A DNA stretch of 63,702 nt, the filler included, from Choristocarpus tenellus KU-1152 (lineage: Eukaryota; Protista; Phaeophyceae), in NCBI GenBank assembly GCA_964200185.2. It is 13 parts of 13 records of this genome, joined end to end, with 100 filler letters (N's around TTAATTAATTAA, not from the genome) between each part and the next. Parts side by side here need not be neighbours in the genome. Positions count along the whole stretch, not along the records: positions 49,227 to 57,740 come from CAXNAD020004631.1; positions 57,841 to 60,469 come from CAXNAD020026135.1; positions 60,570 to 63,702 come from CAXNAD020022088.1; 10 more parts are not named here. One strand, given 5' to 3'. The notes below the pieces were generated by a model, which worked only from the letters and a program-made list of their open reading frames with translations, made no database searches and was not told the origin of the DNA. Below are positions 52,209-63,702 of the stretch, in pieces (positions within the stretch are counted from its first letter, which is position 1; each line of letters starts with the position of its first letter). Made by a program: the position numbers and the translations under genes.

Positions 52209-55200
52209 GGGGATCGGAGAGGCTAGATGTGGTAGGAAGGGAGGACACGCACTGGGTGGGAGAGGGTAGGTTGCAACTTCACCGGAATGGAGGAGAAGAA
52301 TCATAGGTGTAGACATCCTCTCAAGTTTACAGTATAGGCAGTCAATGTCACATGACCCCTGAAAGGCTAGACACGCCAGCAAGTAATTGTGCAAGGCGCA
52401 CTTGGATCTAGGAATCCATTTCGATTTTTTACACTTCCAAAAACAAATGTAAAGTCCACATTTTGCAGGTTGATACAGAGACTAGAAGTGTACTCTAGAG
52501 AAATCGGTAGTTTACTGTTCTCCAACACATTTCCCCTGACACCTCATTTGACTGGTTCTGTCTATGTGTGCTAGGTGTAATATGATGGGGCACAATAAGT
52601 TTTTAAGAATGGTGATTTTACCCTTCATGCATACTCTTTTATACTAGTGTTTCTACTAATTAATGTGATCATAAGTTAAAACAATATAATTGGGGTCAAA
52701 AGGCTCTAAGATCTTCTTATGGAATTGAAAGAACTTGGAAATCACTGTTGACCGCTAATAAGTGAGATGTGCCTTGATAGGGGGTGGAACAGTAGCCAAG
52801 GAGGTTCAAGAGAGGTTTTGAGTGCATGTGGAATTCATTTGGGCGAGTACAAAGAAAGGAAAGAGAAGTAGAGCATTTTTTTCAGGTGAGAACATTCTGT
52901 AAACAGAAACCACAAAAAAATTCAAGGGTTGGCCAGGGGCAGGGGGTGCTGATGGTAATGTGCTATTAAGAAGTTATAAATAGTGCCTCAAGAGTATCAA
53001 ATGCGCTACATATCTGGAGAATGCAAGCAGGGCCGCCTGGTGTATTCAGTACACACAGAAGAGAGAAAGGTATTCACCACACTATGTGTTGCTCGAGGGC
53101 ATCCCCATTCCAAAATTCAGATGGAGCACTTCCAACCTTTGTCACGATCAGTCTTGACCACATTTAGTCATCATTTTCGACAGCGTGAACAATATGAAAA
53201 CCAGTGCTAGGTTCATTCATTCATGCGGCAAGAGAAGAGTCCATTGCTTCAGACAAGATGGCATGATGGCAAATTGGCTACTCATCTCCGCACCTCCTCT
53301 GCACCTCCTGGTACAGTTAGAGTTCTATGTGTAACGCTACTAATTTCAGGGGACTCCACAAACGTACAACACAAAAAATCTAAGACGACAGCTGATGCTC
53401 TCGCTAGATAGCTTTGTTGCTCCCTCAATGCACTCCTATTACTGCCAGCATATCCTTGCAACACCTCACGTGTAAATACGCACCAAGGCAGTTTCACTGA
53501 CAGACTTAATTTGTTGCACGAACGGTGAGCATTGTACCCACTGAAACATTTTACAGAGACCACCAAACTCCCAAACCAATATTGCGATATGACTTCCAAC
53601 ACTAGTTCTATCCTTGATATGAGTACTTGATAGGAAAAATTGATAACGCAAAGAGAATTATTCTAGACAGCCGTGTCGTTTTCTTCCAAAGTGGACTGGT
53701 AGGGCTGTCCCCGCAAAAGTTCCTACAGGCCTTGTTCGACCCTTTCAAAGATATTTCTTACCAATCCGGCTCACACCCCGGCCCCATCACAATTACATAG
53801 CATGGTAGTGTAAAGTCCTGCAAACAAGTAGGTTGACCTCTTGACCTGCAGCATACATAGTATATATATATGGTTTGTTGTATGCACAGAGGTATTTGCA
53901 ATAAATTTGAAAGAACAGGGGGCAGGTCCGAGTTTTAGTCGGGAAGGGTTTCAGGTTGGTTGGGCTAGACAGGATGGTTTGCGAATAAATGGTGACATCA
54001 TTCAACATTCACGACTTCAAAGTATCATAGGGTGGAGATGTAATTCTAGCAAAATCGTGCATCAAAAAGGACAGAAAAGTGTAACCCCAGGACGACCCAA
54101 AGATCTATTTTTGTTTATGGAAAAGTCGGCCTAGAAAAGGTACTTTTTAGGAGGGGTTGGGTTGAGGCCTTTACAAAAATATTAGGGGACAAGGTCACTA
54201 GCAGCCCAGCTAACTATCGATCCATTGTGAAACCCTGCTCATTTGCATCCTGTGAGTGTTCACTAATACTATCACTCAGGAAGTTTATGACTTGTATGTT
54301 ACTACTAGTAGGAAGTCCTCCGTAGCTTAGTTGAGTTTATATTTTGTCAGTATGTACAATAAACCTACAAACAAATACCCCCCACCATGTACAAGCAAAG
54401 TAGAGCTCCAGCAAGTGATACAACACTGACGGAAATATTATCGATTGGGGCAGGGTCAACTACAATACTAATACCAGGAGGACCAGGACCCACCCCATCT
54501 GTTTACAACCATATACTCTACTATTGTAATGACGTCACCATGTGGATTTGCCTTGGGAGCTTCGAATTGCTTACAATCACCTGGAAGGTGAATGCTGCTG
54601 TGCGGTGATAAGAAATGAATCAGCAAATATCTCTGTTATGCTCATCACTTGAACATGTTGTACTCATATTTACACGTGTATTGGATCATTACAGCATCAA
54701 CACACCAGGCACAGGCAACCTCCTGTGGCCCTTTTCACCAACTACTACAAAAAAAAGCATAGGACACAGATGACTATGACAACAATGTAACAGCAGAGAA
54801 AACATCAGTACATGTTCATAGGAAAGAGGAAGGGGAAAAAGAGCTTCCTAGATACCACTATGAACTCCTTAGAACAAGTACTATCATAGCTGCATATTGT
54901 AGAACAGCTGGGGCCCCACTCCAACCCCACCCCCCTTCATTATCCATCACAATGGACCTCCTCCTCACCTTTACGGCTTTGCCCTTTTGCTTGGTAAACA
55001 CGTCACAAAAAAGAAATGTTGTACCAAGCAACGCTGAACTGTAAACTCACGACACACAAGATACAAACAAGACACACATGCACACAAGTTTGCACACACA
55101 CACAGATGTACACAGAGTTCCTACAAAAAAACACATACAAATACATCACACAGACACATTGCCGGAATTTCACTGTAGCAATAGCTGTTGGGCCACATGC

Positions 55201-56061
55201 TCCAAGGAGGAGACTAAACAATCTCATCCCACTCCTTCAACCTAACCTTCTGTTTGGCATAAGCGTGATGATCTATTGATCTCATTGGTTACATGTAGGA
55301 AGGACTGTTTGCCAGGCTCACATCAACTCTTTCCTCACACTTCTGCTCTTGCCACCCTTCAACAGTCTAATCCCGTGGAAGTTTCTGAGCCCACCCCACC
55401 CCCCTCCTATTGTATTCTCTGCTCTCCTCCATTAAAATAAGGGTAAGATGGTGGATCACCAAGTCTTTTCCATCACGTATCTCCCCTTCCACCCCCTCCA
55501 CCGACACAAGGCTAGCACACACCCCACCCATGTCCACCTATGCTTCTCAACCCATCTACTCCTTCATGCATCCGGAAGGCTAAACTCTTTGCAATCTTTA
55601 GGAGCCCATTACTTCTCTGACTATTATTACCATGATAACTCCACACGCCATCATTCTATCCCCTTCCTGCATTCTCCCCTTGCAGTTTTGTGAAGACATG
55701 CTGCCACCTGTGCATGCTACATCTGGCTGTGCATGTCACAGCATCAACTGCCTCCTGATCTCTCGCCCCCCCCTCACCTCAACTACTCCAGAGGAGCAGA
55801 CCCTGGTCCTCTCCAACCCTTCCACTTTGATATATCCCCTTCCCGCAATGAGTAACTGCTCCCATTCCGCCACCCCCCCCCCCAGAAAAACAGTGCAGCT
55901 CCTTGCAAATTGCTCTGTGTTTCCTGGGATTTTAGGATGCAAGGTCTCCAACTTCTCCCCCCCAGCAAGATGGCCATGAACCTTTTTTGAGCCTTGAGAA
56001 TATGGACTTTCCACCCCCCTCCTCCTAGTACTGGTTCCACTCCTACCTAATAATTATCAGT

Positions 56062-57072
56062 TCAATCAGGCTTGATGTGGTCGTCAATGCCTGGTGTGGC
56101 ATTGATGGATAGGATGCGTACTTTATGCATAGCGGGAAGTTTGGCCACTAGGAGAATGAGACAGACTGGCACATTGACCACCAGGAACTGCACTGAGTAG
56201 CCACTGGCCACTGATGGTATGAGGCACCTTTGTTGAGGGCAAGAGGAAAGAGGAGAAGAGTCCCAAAAGAAAAAAGGATAAATAACTTACACAAACACTT
56301 TGGGGCAGGTAGTGTGATTTTGCCCAAGTCTAGGCTGATCAGGTGATGTGGATGCGTCGGAATAGGAAGGCGTGTCAATGGTTTGACTGAAAAGGTATTG
56401 AAGTTTTGCACTTTCTATATTCTGTTAGGACAGACAGGGCTCTCTCCTTTTCCTCCTTCCTCTCCCATGTTTGCTGTAATAGGCTTTTAAACAGCAGCAC
56501 TACACTGCTGGAAGAGCGACTGGGATTTGAAATTCAACCCTACCACTTTCCCAAATCCTTCTGGACAATCTCATCACCTGTTAGCAACAAGAATAGCACT
56601 CAATGTCACTAACAGTCATGCTGATCATAGAGCAAACTCTCCCCTAGAAGATGATACCAACGAACTAAACAGCAAACTGTTAAACATACACTGATAAAAC
56701 TACATGCGAACATGTTAAAAATGAATGACACAGACACATGCTGCCAAAATAGACACAAGCAACATTAGTGTACCAATCGCCAGCCCGAAGCATAACCCAC
56801 TCAAGACTTGAAGTACACAGTTGGGTCAATGGGGTAGAAGTTTACAAAAAAAAAAGGCAAAGGATAAGGATGTTTAGATACAGGCGATCACTACCTAGGG
56901 GGAGGTTGGGGAGGGCCACTCACAGAACTGCTGGCACAAGCATGAGGAATTTCTTCGTCTGCGTCCAGGGGAGGCCGGCATCAAGCTGTTCCCAGAAGGT
57001 CAATCCGTTCCATTCTCCCTGACTGAACTCATCTGGAGACCCCTTTGTCCAGTGAAAGAAGAAAAAGGTGAT
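56062..57072 (-). CDS. ORMDL: ORM1-like sphingolipid biosynthesis regulator, last two exons
   Basis: Exons 57072-56924 (FHWTKGSP..QGEWNGLTFWEQLDAG..TKKFLMLVP) and 56227-56062 (VNVPVCLILLVAKLPAMHKVRILSIN...*), phase-compatible GT-AG. The 5' exons are missing before the gap. Confidence 0.94.
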
Positions 57073-58822
57073 CTGTTGAGGGTGTTGGAGGTGTGAGCAA
57101 GTAGTGGGGTGATGGGTAAGTGTGAGGAGTGAAAAGGCAATGTTGGAAGTTCCACCATGAGTCAAGGAGGTGGGGAAAGGAAGGGTTCATGAGATTCGAT
57201 ACATAACATAAATTGGATTCCCATTAAAAATATATGAAAAGCACAATCATACTACAGTAATGGTGTGCTATATCAAATGTAATACATGATAGAACTTGTA
57301 CCTGAATCAAGATTTACAACAGAAAGCTAACACCACCAATAATTCCCACCACATGTTCTTTTCATGTGATAATATATGTGCCATTTAAAGGTTTGCCATG
57401 ATTTTTGTATGCTCCAAGCTAACAGGGAAAACCTACCATACTATGACATGGCATAAACAGCTACATACTTTGTAATGCCCTCATGCCTAGACCAGAGACC
57501 AGCTGGCCTGGATAACTGATATGGATCATTGCCACCCTCAAGTCCCTACCAAAGAATGCAAGCACAACACGAGTCCCAGGTCCCTCCTCCCTAACTCCAT
57601 CCCCTTAAAAAACCAAGAGAAGACACCTGAATATAGTAGAGAAATTTTTCACAAGACGGGCCCAAATGTATGTATGTGTGCGCGTGAGTGTGTGTGTGGG
57701 GGGGGGGGGGGAGGAGAAAGGTGTGGGGGCAGGGGTTCCGNNNNNNNNNNNNNNNNNNNNNNNNNNNNNNNNNNNNNNNNNNNNTTAATTAATTAANNNN
57801 NNNNNNNNNNNNNNNNNNNNNNNNNNNNNNNNNNNNNNNNGACAATGAAGCTTGAGTTGGCCACAGAGCGGGTATTGATTGACATTTGTATCAAGCGGAG
57901 GGGGGGGGGAGGGAGGGGCGCAAGGGAGATTGATTTCTGAATGAGATTGGGGGTTAAAGGACTGCAACTCGTTGATGCTATCAAGGCATTTGATCTTCTA
58001 GGTATAACTAAGGATATGGGTGGAGTTACAAAATGCATTTTGCGAGAGCAAGAGGGAGGTTCCATGCTAGGAATATAGTGGTCTTTGTTGTGTTAGGGTG
58101 GAAGGTGTGTAAGAGGGGGAAAGAACCAAAATGTGGCAACGTGTTTGGTGACGATGACTGAAATATGCTTGACGGGAAAAATGTACTTGGCCTCAACTCT
58201 CTCAGTATCACTTTCTCATACTGGCTATTTGCATCACTCCGTAACTTACGTAGAGAACGTGAATGAGAATCCAATGGGCAGCAAGCACCAAAGTGGAAGC
58301 AGCGGAGTGTGTGGGAGGTGGGTCAACATGAGATGCACTAGAAACCTGAAAGTACTCATAGTGGAAGCATGTGGAAAGGACGGAGCTAGGATAGCATTGT
58401 CTCCATTTAATGTGCAGGAGCAATCTGTATTGATCATTGAGAAGGAGGGCACATGCAACATCTTGAACTACATTGCAGTCCAAATAGTGGTGTATAGTAG
58501 ATACAATGGGCTGGGGGGTACTTTAATCTGGTAGAGCAAGGTTTGATCCAATCGACTCTGCATAGCTCTCGGCCTGAGAAGATGAAGCAAAGAGCGACAA
58601 TCCTGACGAAAGGGTGCTAAGTACGAACCACTAAATGGACAAAGTGGCAGAACATATATCATGCGCAACCACCCCAGCAGTAACCAGTAAAGACAACACT
58701 ATGTCACAAATCTGAAGAGAGGTGCGGCATCACCTCATCAAGAAAGCCCAACACACTCGCTGGAAGCAAAATGCTATAAATCGAACAATTGATCACAATA
58801 ACGAGTAATCGTTGGTACGTAC

Positions 58823-59673
58823 AGGATAGAAGCAAGGATAAAGCCTGTGGAGGCGGGCTCGTCCTCATCGAGGAACCACTGGAGTAGTTGCTGCACGATC
58901 AGGGGGATGAGGAGCAAAATGCCCTGTTGAAGGAAGGCCATGGCACCAGTGAAAACGATCTCCGCTCGAAAAACGCTCGCAAGAGCCTTGCTGAGACTTC
59001 GCGAACCAGCGGGCTTGCTGAGCTGAGCCCCCCATGCTTCCTCGAATCGTTTTACGAGCCTATCTGTATCCGAAGATTTGGGTGCCTCCCACAAGTTCTC
59101 TGGTTCTAGAGGTCTCGCATAAGCCAGAGACACCAGTGGGTTGATCCACCAGAAGGTGGCGTGTGATAGAAAGTTAGAATTGCTTCGTCCCCCCGGTAAA
59201 CGACCCTGCAATTTGTTTAAGGGGATGAGTAAGGATGATTGGGTGGTGTTGAGATGAACGATTCCTCGACCTCTCTCTGTAGCCCATGGCTTCAACGCAG
59301 AACACTCTTCACCGTCTTACATATTCATCATATAGCTTCCTTTGCAGTTTTAACATGGGATCCTGGGGAAAGGGGAGATCACATTCTCTAACCACGACAA
59401 CATACCAACCTGCGTCAGGCGTAGTTTCTCATCCCATTTGACCTTGAGTTTCTCCTGCCTAGCTGACCTCGACGTGTCACCGACATCTTTCTCTTCCTCT
59501 TTGACCTTGACCTTAGAAGAGAATACCTTATTAATTATTTTGGCATGTGCGAGGCAGTTGAGCGCAAGTTGCCCTGATGAAGGAGGACGAATGTTTCTGA
59601 AATGGCATAGTGAGTCATTTCAGTCGATGCAAGGTTGAAATAGCTCCTCGCAGACCTTCACGGAGGACGGCAT
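58823..59673 (-). CDS. ABCC (MRP-like) ABC transporter, 5' exons
   Basis: Exon 59205-58823 reads SNFLSHATFWWINPLVSLAYARPLEPENLW...RFEEAW...SLSKAL...PLIVQQLL (lasso motif and start of TMD1). The likely upstream exons 59673-59656 and 59511-59410 are less certain. Confidence 0.88.
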
Positions 59674-60231
59674 CAAGCTCGCCGATTCGACTCCTCCAGT
59701 AAAGTAACCAAGGAAAGGGGTACTCCTTCTCTTGGGTAGGTGTTGGCACTATACGACTTCTTGGCGTGTATGTGCTTCGGATGATCCGTAACAGGTGATG
59801 AAGATCGTCGAGACTATCAATTACGATAAACAAAGGAACTTTACGAATAGTTGGGTGAATATGATAATACTAGACCTTCTCTTTATCAACAAATAATATG
59901 GATATAGATATGTATCACTAATATATAGGTAGAAGAAGTGTGTATTTGTCACAACAAAAAAATAGAATAATTCCCTTTTCTCGCAAAAAATACATTTTAA
60001 TTTCTGTTGAATAATCTCCAACACGTGTCATAGATCATAGAGGAACTTCGGATCAAACCATCGCATGTGTAAACGTCCACAATTGAAAGAATACGTATTC
60101 TGACCTCACTAACATATGCAGATGACGTTGTGGTGTTAGGAACATATTTCTTGGAGGTTGGATAGGTGAGAGTGAAGACGGCGCGGCTGTCGAATAACCG
60201 TGTTATGCTTACGTTATCTGTGCTGATCAAG

Positions 60232-60469
60232 TATATATATATTGTTTTCATTGGTTTCCCCCCTGACACATCTGCAAAATGTCAGAGGGCATAATAATAA
60301 AATACTATAAAACACTGTAAGTTTGAAACCACTGTAGGGAGCTGATCTTTAGTTCGGTACAATACAAAGTAGTGACGTGCACAGCGGTACGTTATGGTGG
60401 GCCAATGGGACATTACAAGTGGTATAGCGGGACAATAGCAGTAATATAATTTTATTATTATGCCCTCTG
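60232..60469. mobile_element. MITE-like repeat family D, right end lost in the gap
   Basis: CAGAGGGCATAATAATAAAA (60283) is inverted as TTTTATTATTATGCCCTCTG (ending 60469); second copy at 43372-44046. Confidence 0.65.
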
Positions 60470-60570
60470 NNNNNNNNNNNNNNNNNNNNNNNNNNNNNNN
60501 NNNNNNNNNNNNNTTAATTAATTAANNNNNNNNNNNNNNNNNNNNNNNNNNNNNNNNNNNNNNNNNNNNA

Positions 60571-61168
60571 CTCCATACATATTTTACCGTAACTGTCCGA
60601 TAGAGTTGGAAGAGTCTAATCGAACACAACCCCCCCGTCGACCCCTCCGCATAGGAAGGGTGCCCAAGTGTCCCTGAATACCAAGGTTGCGCTTGCAGTG
60701 CGGCATGCCCTCGTGATGGTCCCTGGTGAGCATCAACTACCACGACACATTGGGTTGACCCTCACAACAGAGTTTGAAGTGTCCGAGCAGTACATGCGAG
60801 GGCTCTGGGAGGACGTTGCCGATCAGCAGCTGACCCATGGCTACATGCTTGACCTAGGGGTGGCAGCACGAAGTAGGCGACCTTCGGAGCTCACGCCGAC
60901 CAGGATGACCGCAATACATACTATCAACTCCAATAATTGGTCATCCACAGTGCGCCAGGTGACAATGAAAATGATCCCCAAGGGACTGAATTATAGCACG
61001 AGCACCATAAATTGGTGGTTGGATGATGTGGGGGCCATGCCCAATCACTGTTGGATCAAACCCAAGCTTAAATCGTGGCAAAAGGTTTGGAGAATGGACT
61101 TTATTTTCGATCAATTAGACTGGAAACGTGGTGTGTACGCCTCCATGGCGAACACGATCCTAACATGA
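60571..61168 (+). mobile_element. 5' part of a mariner-like transposon (TIR plus DNA-binding half of the transposase)
   Basis: CTCCAT... terminus, then ORF 60668-61168 with RSRRP, STVRQV, STSTI and WIKPKLKSWQKVWRMDF, truncated before the first catalytic Asp. Confidence 0.75.
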
Positions 61169-61899
61169 CCCTTTCCAGAAATTCGTCAAGGATTCTAAAT
61201 CTTCTTCTAGAAATTAATTTCATCATCTTCAAAAGTTATGGACAATGTGGAACAGACTTATGGCACCGAGGTAGTACTATTGTTCCACCAATATATTACA
61301 CGACTTCATTAACACAAAAAATGAAGTGTAATACATATGTGTCCTTAATAAATATCCGATCAGGATATTATCAGCCAAGGTTGATGGTATGTGGTCAGTA
61401 TATCAATCAAGCTTACGAGGTCTGAGTGTATGGAATGAGCATATCAGTCAGCCTAAATACGAGTGAGGTTGATGGATGTGGTCAATATCGCATCAAGGTC
61501 ATGGCAAAGGTCTGAGAGCATGGGACCAGCAATGCAGTCAGCTTGAATATGAGTAAAGAGGTACATGGGGCCAGAAAATAGGTCTCTTGTATCTTGTATA
61601 AACTGAGGATACTCAAGAAAGGGGGATAAAGGAGCAAACACTCTACGATGTCAATAAACTGTTGACGAGCATTTGTCACCTGACATTGCTAAATGAGCGT
61701 TCTTACACAAGCACATATACGTGATTATAAATTAACATAGCAGACGACGAGATCAATAGAGAATGTGTGGACGTTTCTCCTCCCTCCCATTCTGATATGA
61801 TTGGAAACATTGCTCACGACGACTACAACATTCCAAGTGCACACTAGGATGTACCATTTTGGTGGCTCAACTCTCAAAACGAAATGAGGTGACTGTGCG

Positions 61900-62760
61900 G
61901 TCATTACATAATGTTGGGGGATTATGCCACTCAAGAAAAGAATAAATGTGACTCATCACCTGAAGTCTCCATTACTTCCATAGTGGTGGACTTGAATCTT
62001 TGTTTTTGTTAGGGTTAGTCATTTCATGATGATCAATAAATACATTTGATGAAAATAAGACATGTGATGAACAACCACTTCTAGCACACATGACGAGTTC
62101 CAATGTGCCCGGTGATACGATCTCTTCACGACCACATTCGTCCATTCGTGAAAACGAGAAGAGTTGAGAGATAAATAACATTGTACACCTTCGAAGTATA
62201 AATTTATCTAAATGTCCACCAAGATGTATGTATAGTCTATTTGCAAGGGTTGATAGACCTGGTGAACACAAGATGTCACATCAGAGGTTGCAGTCGCGTC
62301 GCCAATGAGTGATAGCAGTAACAACTGCATTACTCTCTCTTAATGTTGCTGAATAATGACGTTGGGCTTCATCAAATTTCTTGCTGAAGTAAGCATTGAC
62401 ACCTACTGTACGTCATTAGGATTATCGGATCAGGGTTGTGCTACAAAACCTCCAGCACCATCACTCTCATTGGCATCATCATGGATGATGAACTCTTTGG
62501 CAAAGTCAGGAAAAAACGAGAACTGGGGTTGCAGTGAGTAATTGTCACTTTCACAAATGTCAAGTCCTGGTCCAATCCCCATTCTTTAGGGATGTTCTTA
62601 CTCACACCTTTCTTAGTAAGATGAAATAATGGTTTGATTAGTGTGGCTAGGTTGAGTACAGATTTACGCACAAAATTAACCATATCTATGACAGATCGAA
62701 GATCTTTGATAGTGGTGGTTTTAGGTTGTGCAGTTAAACTTGGGAAGTATTTATAACCTG
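61900..62760 (-). mobile_element. Ty3/gypsy RT-RNase H remnant
   Basis: KDLRSVIDMVNFVRKSVLNLATLIKPLFHLTKK...W..DQDLTF, then PDFAKEFIIHDDA..GAGGFVAQ after a frameshift. Confidence 0.8.
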
Positions 62761-63329
62761 TGCAAGTTTAGACTGCTGTTTGTGTGAGTATGGAAGAAGA
62801 GAGAAGAAAGACACAATTCTCCATTGCTGAATACAATCACATGGTTGAAAAGAAGAATGACCTTGTGGGGTGTCTTCTTATTGCTATTATATTATTGTTT
62901 GTGCCTCAGATGTACGTTAAAGGTTATGTCAGAGATGTTTAATTGAAATACCAAACCCTATAAATAATCCAGATGTACCATCTCATTAGTTATATCCCGT
63001 GGACTCAATCCAATGCCATAACCTCACATACACAAGAAACAGGGTACACCTTACGATTGTCCCATTTTTGCACACTCTCCCATGAGAGTGCAGGCAATGA
63101 AGGGGTTGATGGAAATCTCAAACCTAAAAAACATATATCCATAGTCAGAACGAAATTCATCTACAACCTTGTCAACATTGCCTGTCTGAATGGTCACGAA
63201 TGCTTTCGGCTATGTATTACCATAATGTACAACTTATTCTGCGCATCCCCCATGAGAGTGAAAATAAAAGAACACAAAATGCTTCAACTCTCACACACTA
63301 CTACATTTATCTTATCAACTCAGTGTCTT

Positions 63330-63545
63330 CGAAGTCTTATACTTGCTTCTTCAGATGTACCAACACAGAGATGTACGATCATGTCCCATGATGATCCCTC
63401 TCCTGGAATACGGGTGAAACTTCAAACCAGCTCCCCTCTGCAGTTTCTCTAGGTGAGCGTAGCACTTGCTCCCCCAGGCCTGAAGCCTATCATAGTTGAA
63501 GTATTGCCCGTCAGATGCTCACACGGTGTTTCATTCTTCCACTGA
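63330..63545 (-). mobile_element. Ty1/copia integrase C-terminal (SH3-like) remnant
   Basis: TPCEHLTG.../YDRLQAWGSKCYAHLEK...KFHPYSRRGIIMGHD. Confidence 0.75.
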
Positions 63546-63551
63546 ATATGA

Positions 63552-63702
63552 GAGTCAAAGTATCTAGGAGGGTATAGCCGCGTCCTTTGGGGGTCAAAGT
63601 CCAATGTTGCAATTTTGATGTAATTTTGTCTATGGTGTTTGTTTGGAGATGTCGATATCCTTGTTTCGGATACACCTTTTCATAACGTATGCATTTTACC
63701 TG
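63552..63702. mobile_element. MITE family A (reverse), runs off the window
   Basis: GAGTCAAAGTATCTAGGAGGGTATAGCCGCGTCC... Confidence 0.85.

Noticed and set aside
53690-54210. Possible old element with inverted ends
   Set aside because: The inverted similarity is too degenerate to support by eye.

Overview
Eukaryotic nuclear DNA: intron-rich, repeat-dense, with TTAGGG-type telomere motifs. The gene and TE style suggests a photosynthetic stramenopile (brown-alga-like), which is an inference. The window is 13 contig pieces joined by an artificial 100-bp N-TTAATTAATTAA-N linker, so neighbours across a gap need not be adjacent in the genome. Host genes reconstructed exon by exon: the 3' part of an S28 serine carboxypeptidase, a complete USB1, the 5' part of an anoctamin/TMEM16 (head-to-head with USB1), the 3' part of ORMDL and the 5' part of an ABCC transporter. 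The rest is decayed mariner, copia and gypsy elements, a long-TIR element, and many MITEs sharing a G(A/G)GTCAAAG terminus. A spliced, Sola2-like transposase pseudogene with two Tudor-like domains may be their autonomous partner. The most unusual signal is an AT-rich patch near 40.1-41.0 kb made of 50-80-bp scraps of unrelated bacterial genes (rpoH, alr, amino-acid ABC permease) in mixed orientation, resembling shredded Rickettsiales-like DNA captured by the nucleus. All family assignments are from motif recognition, not database searches.
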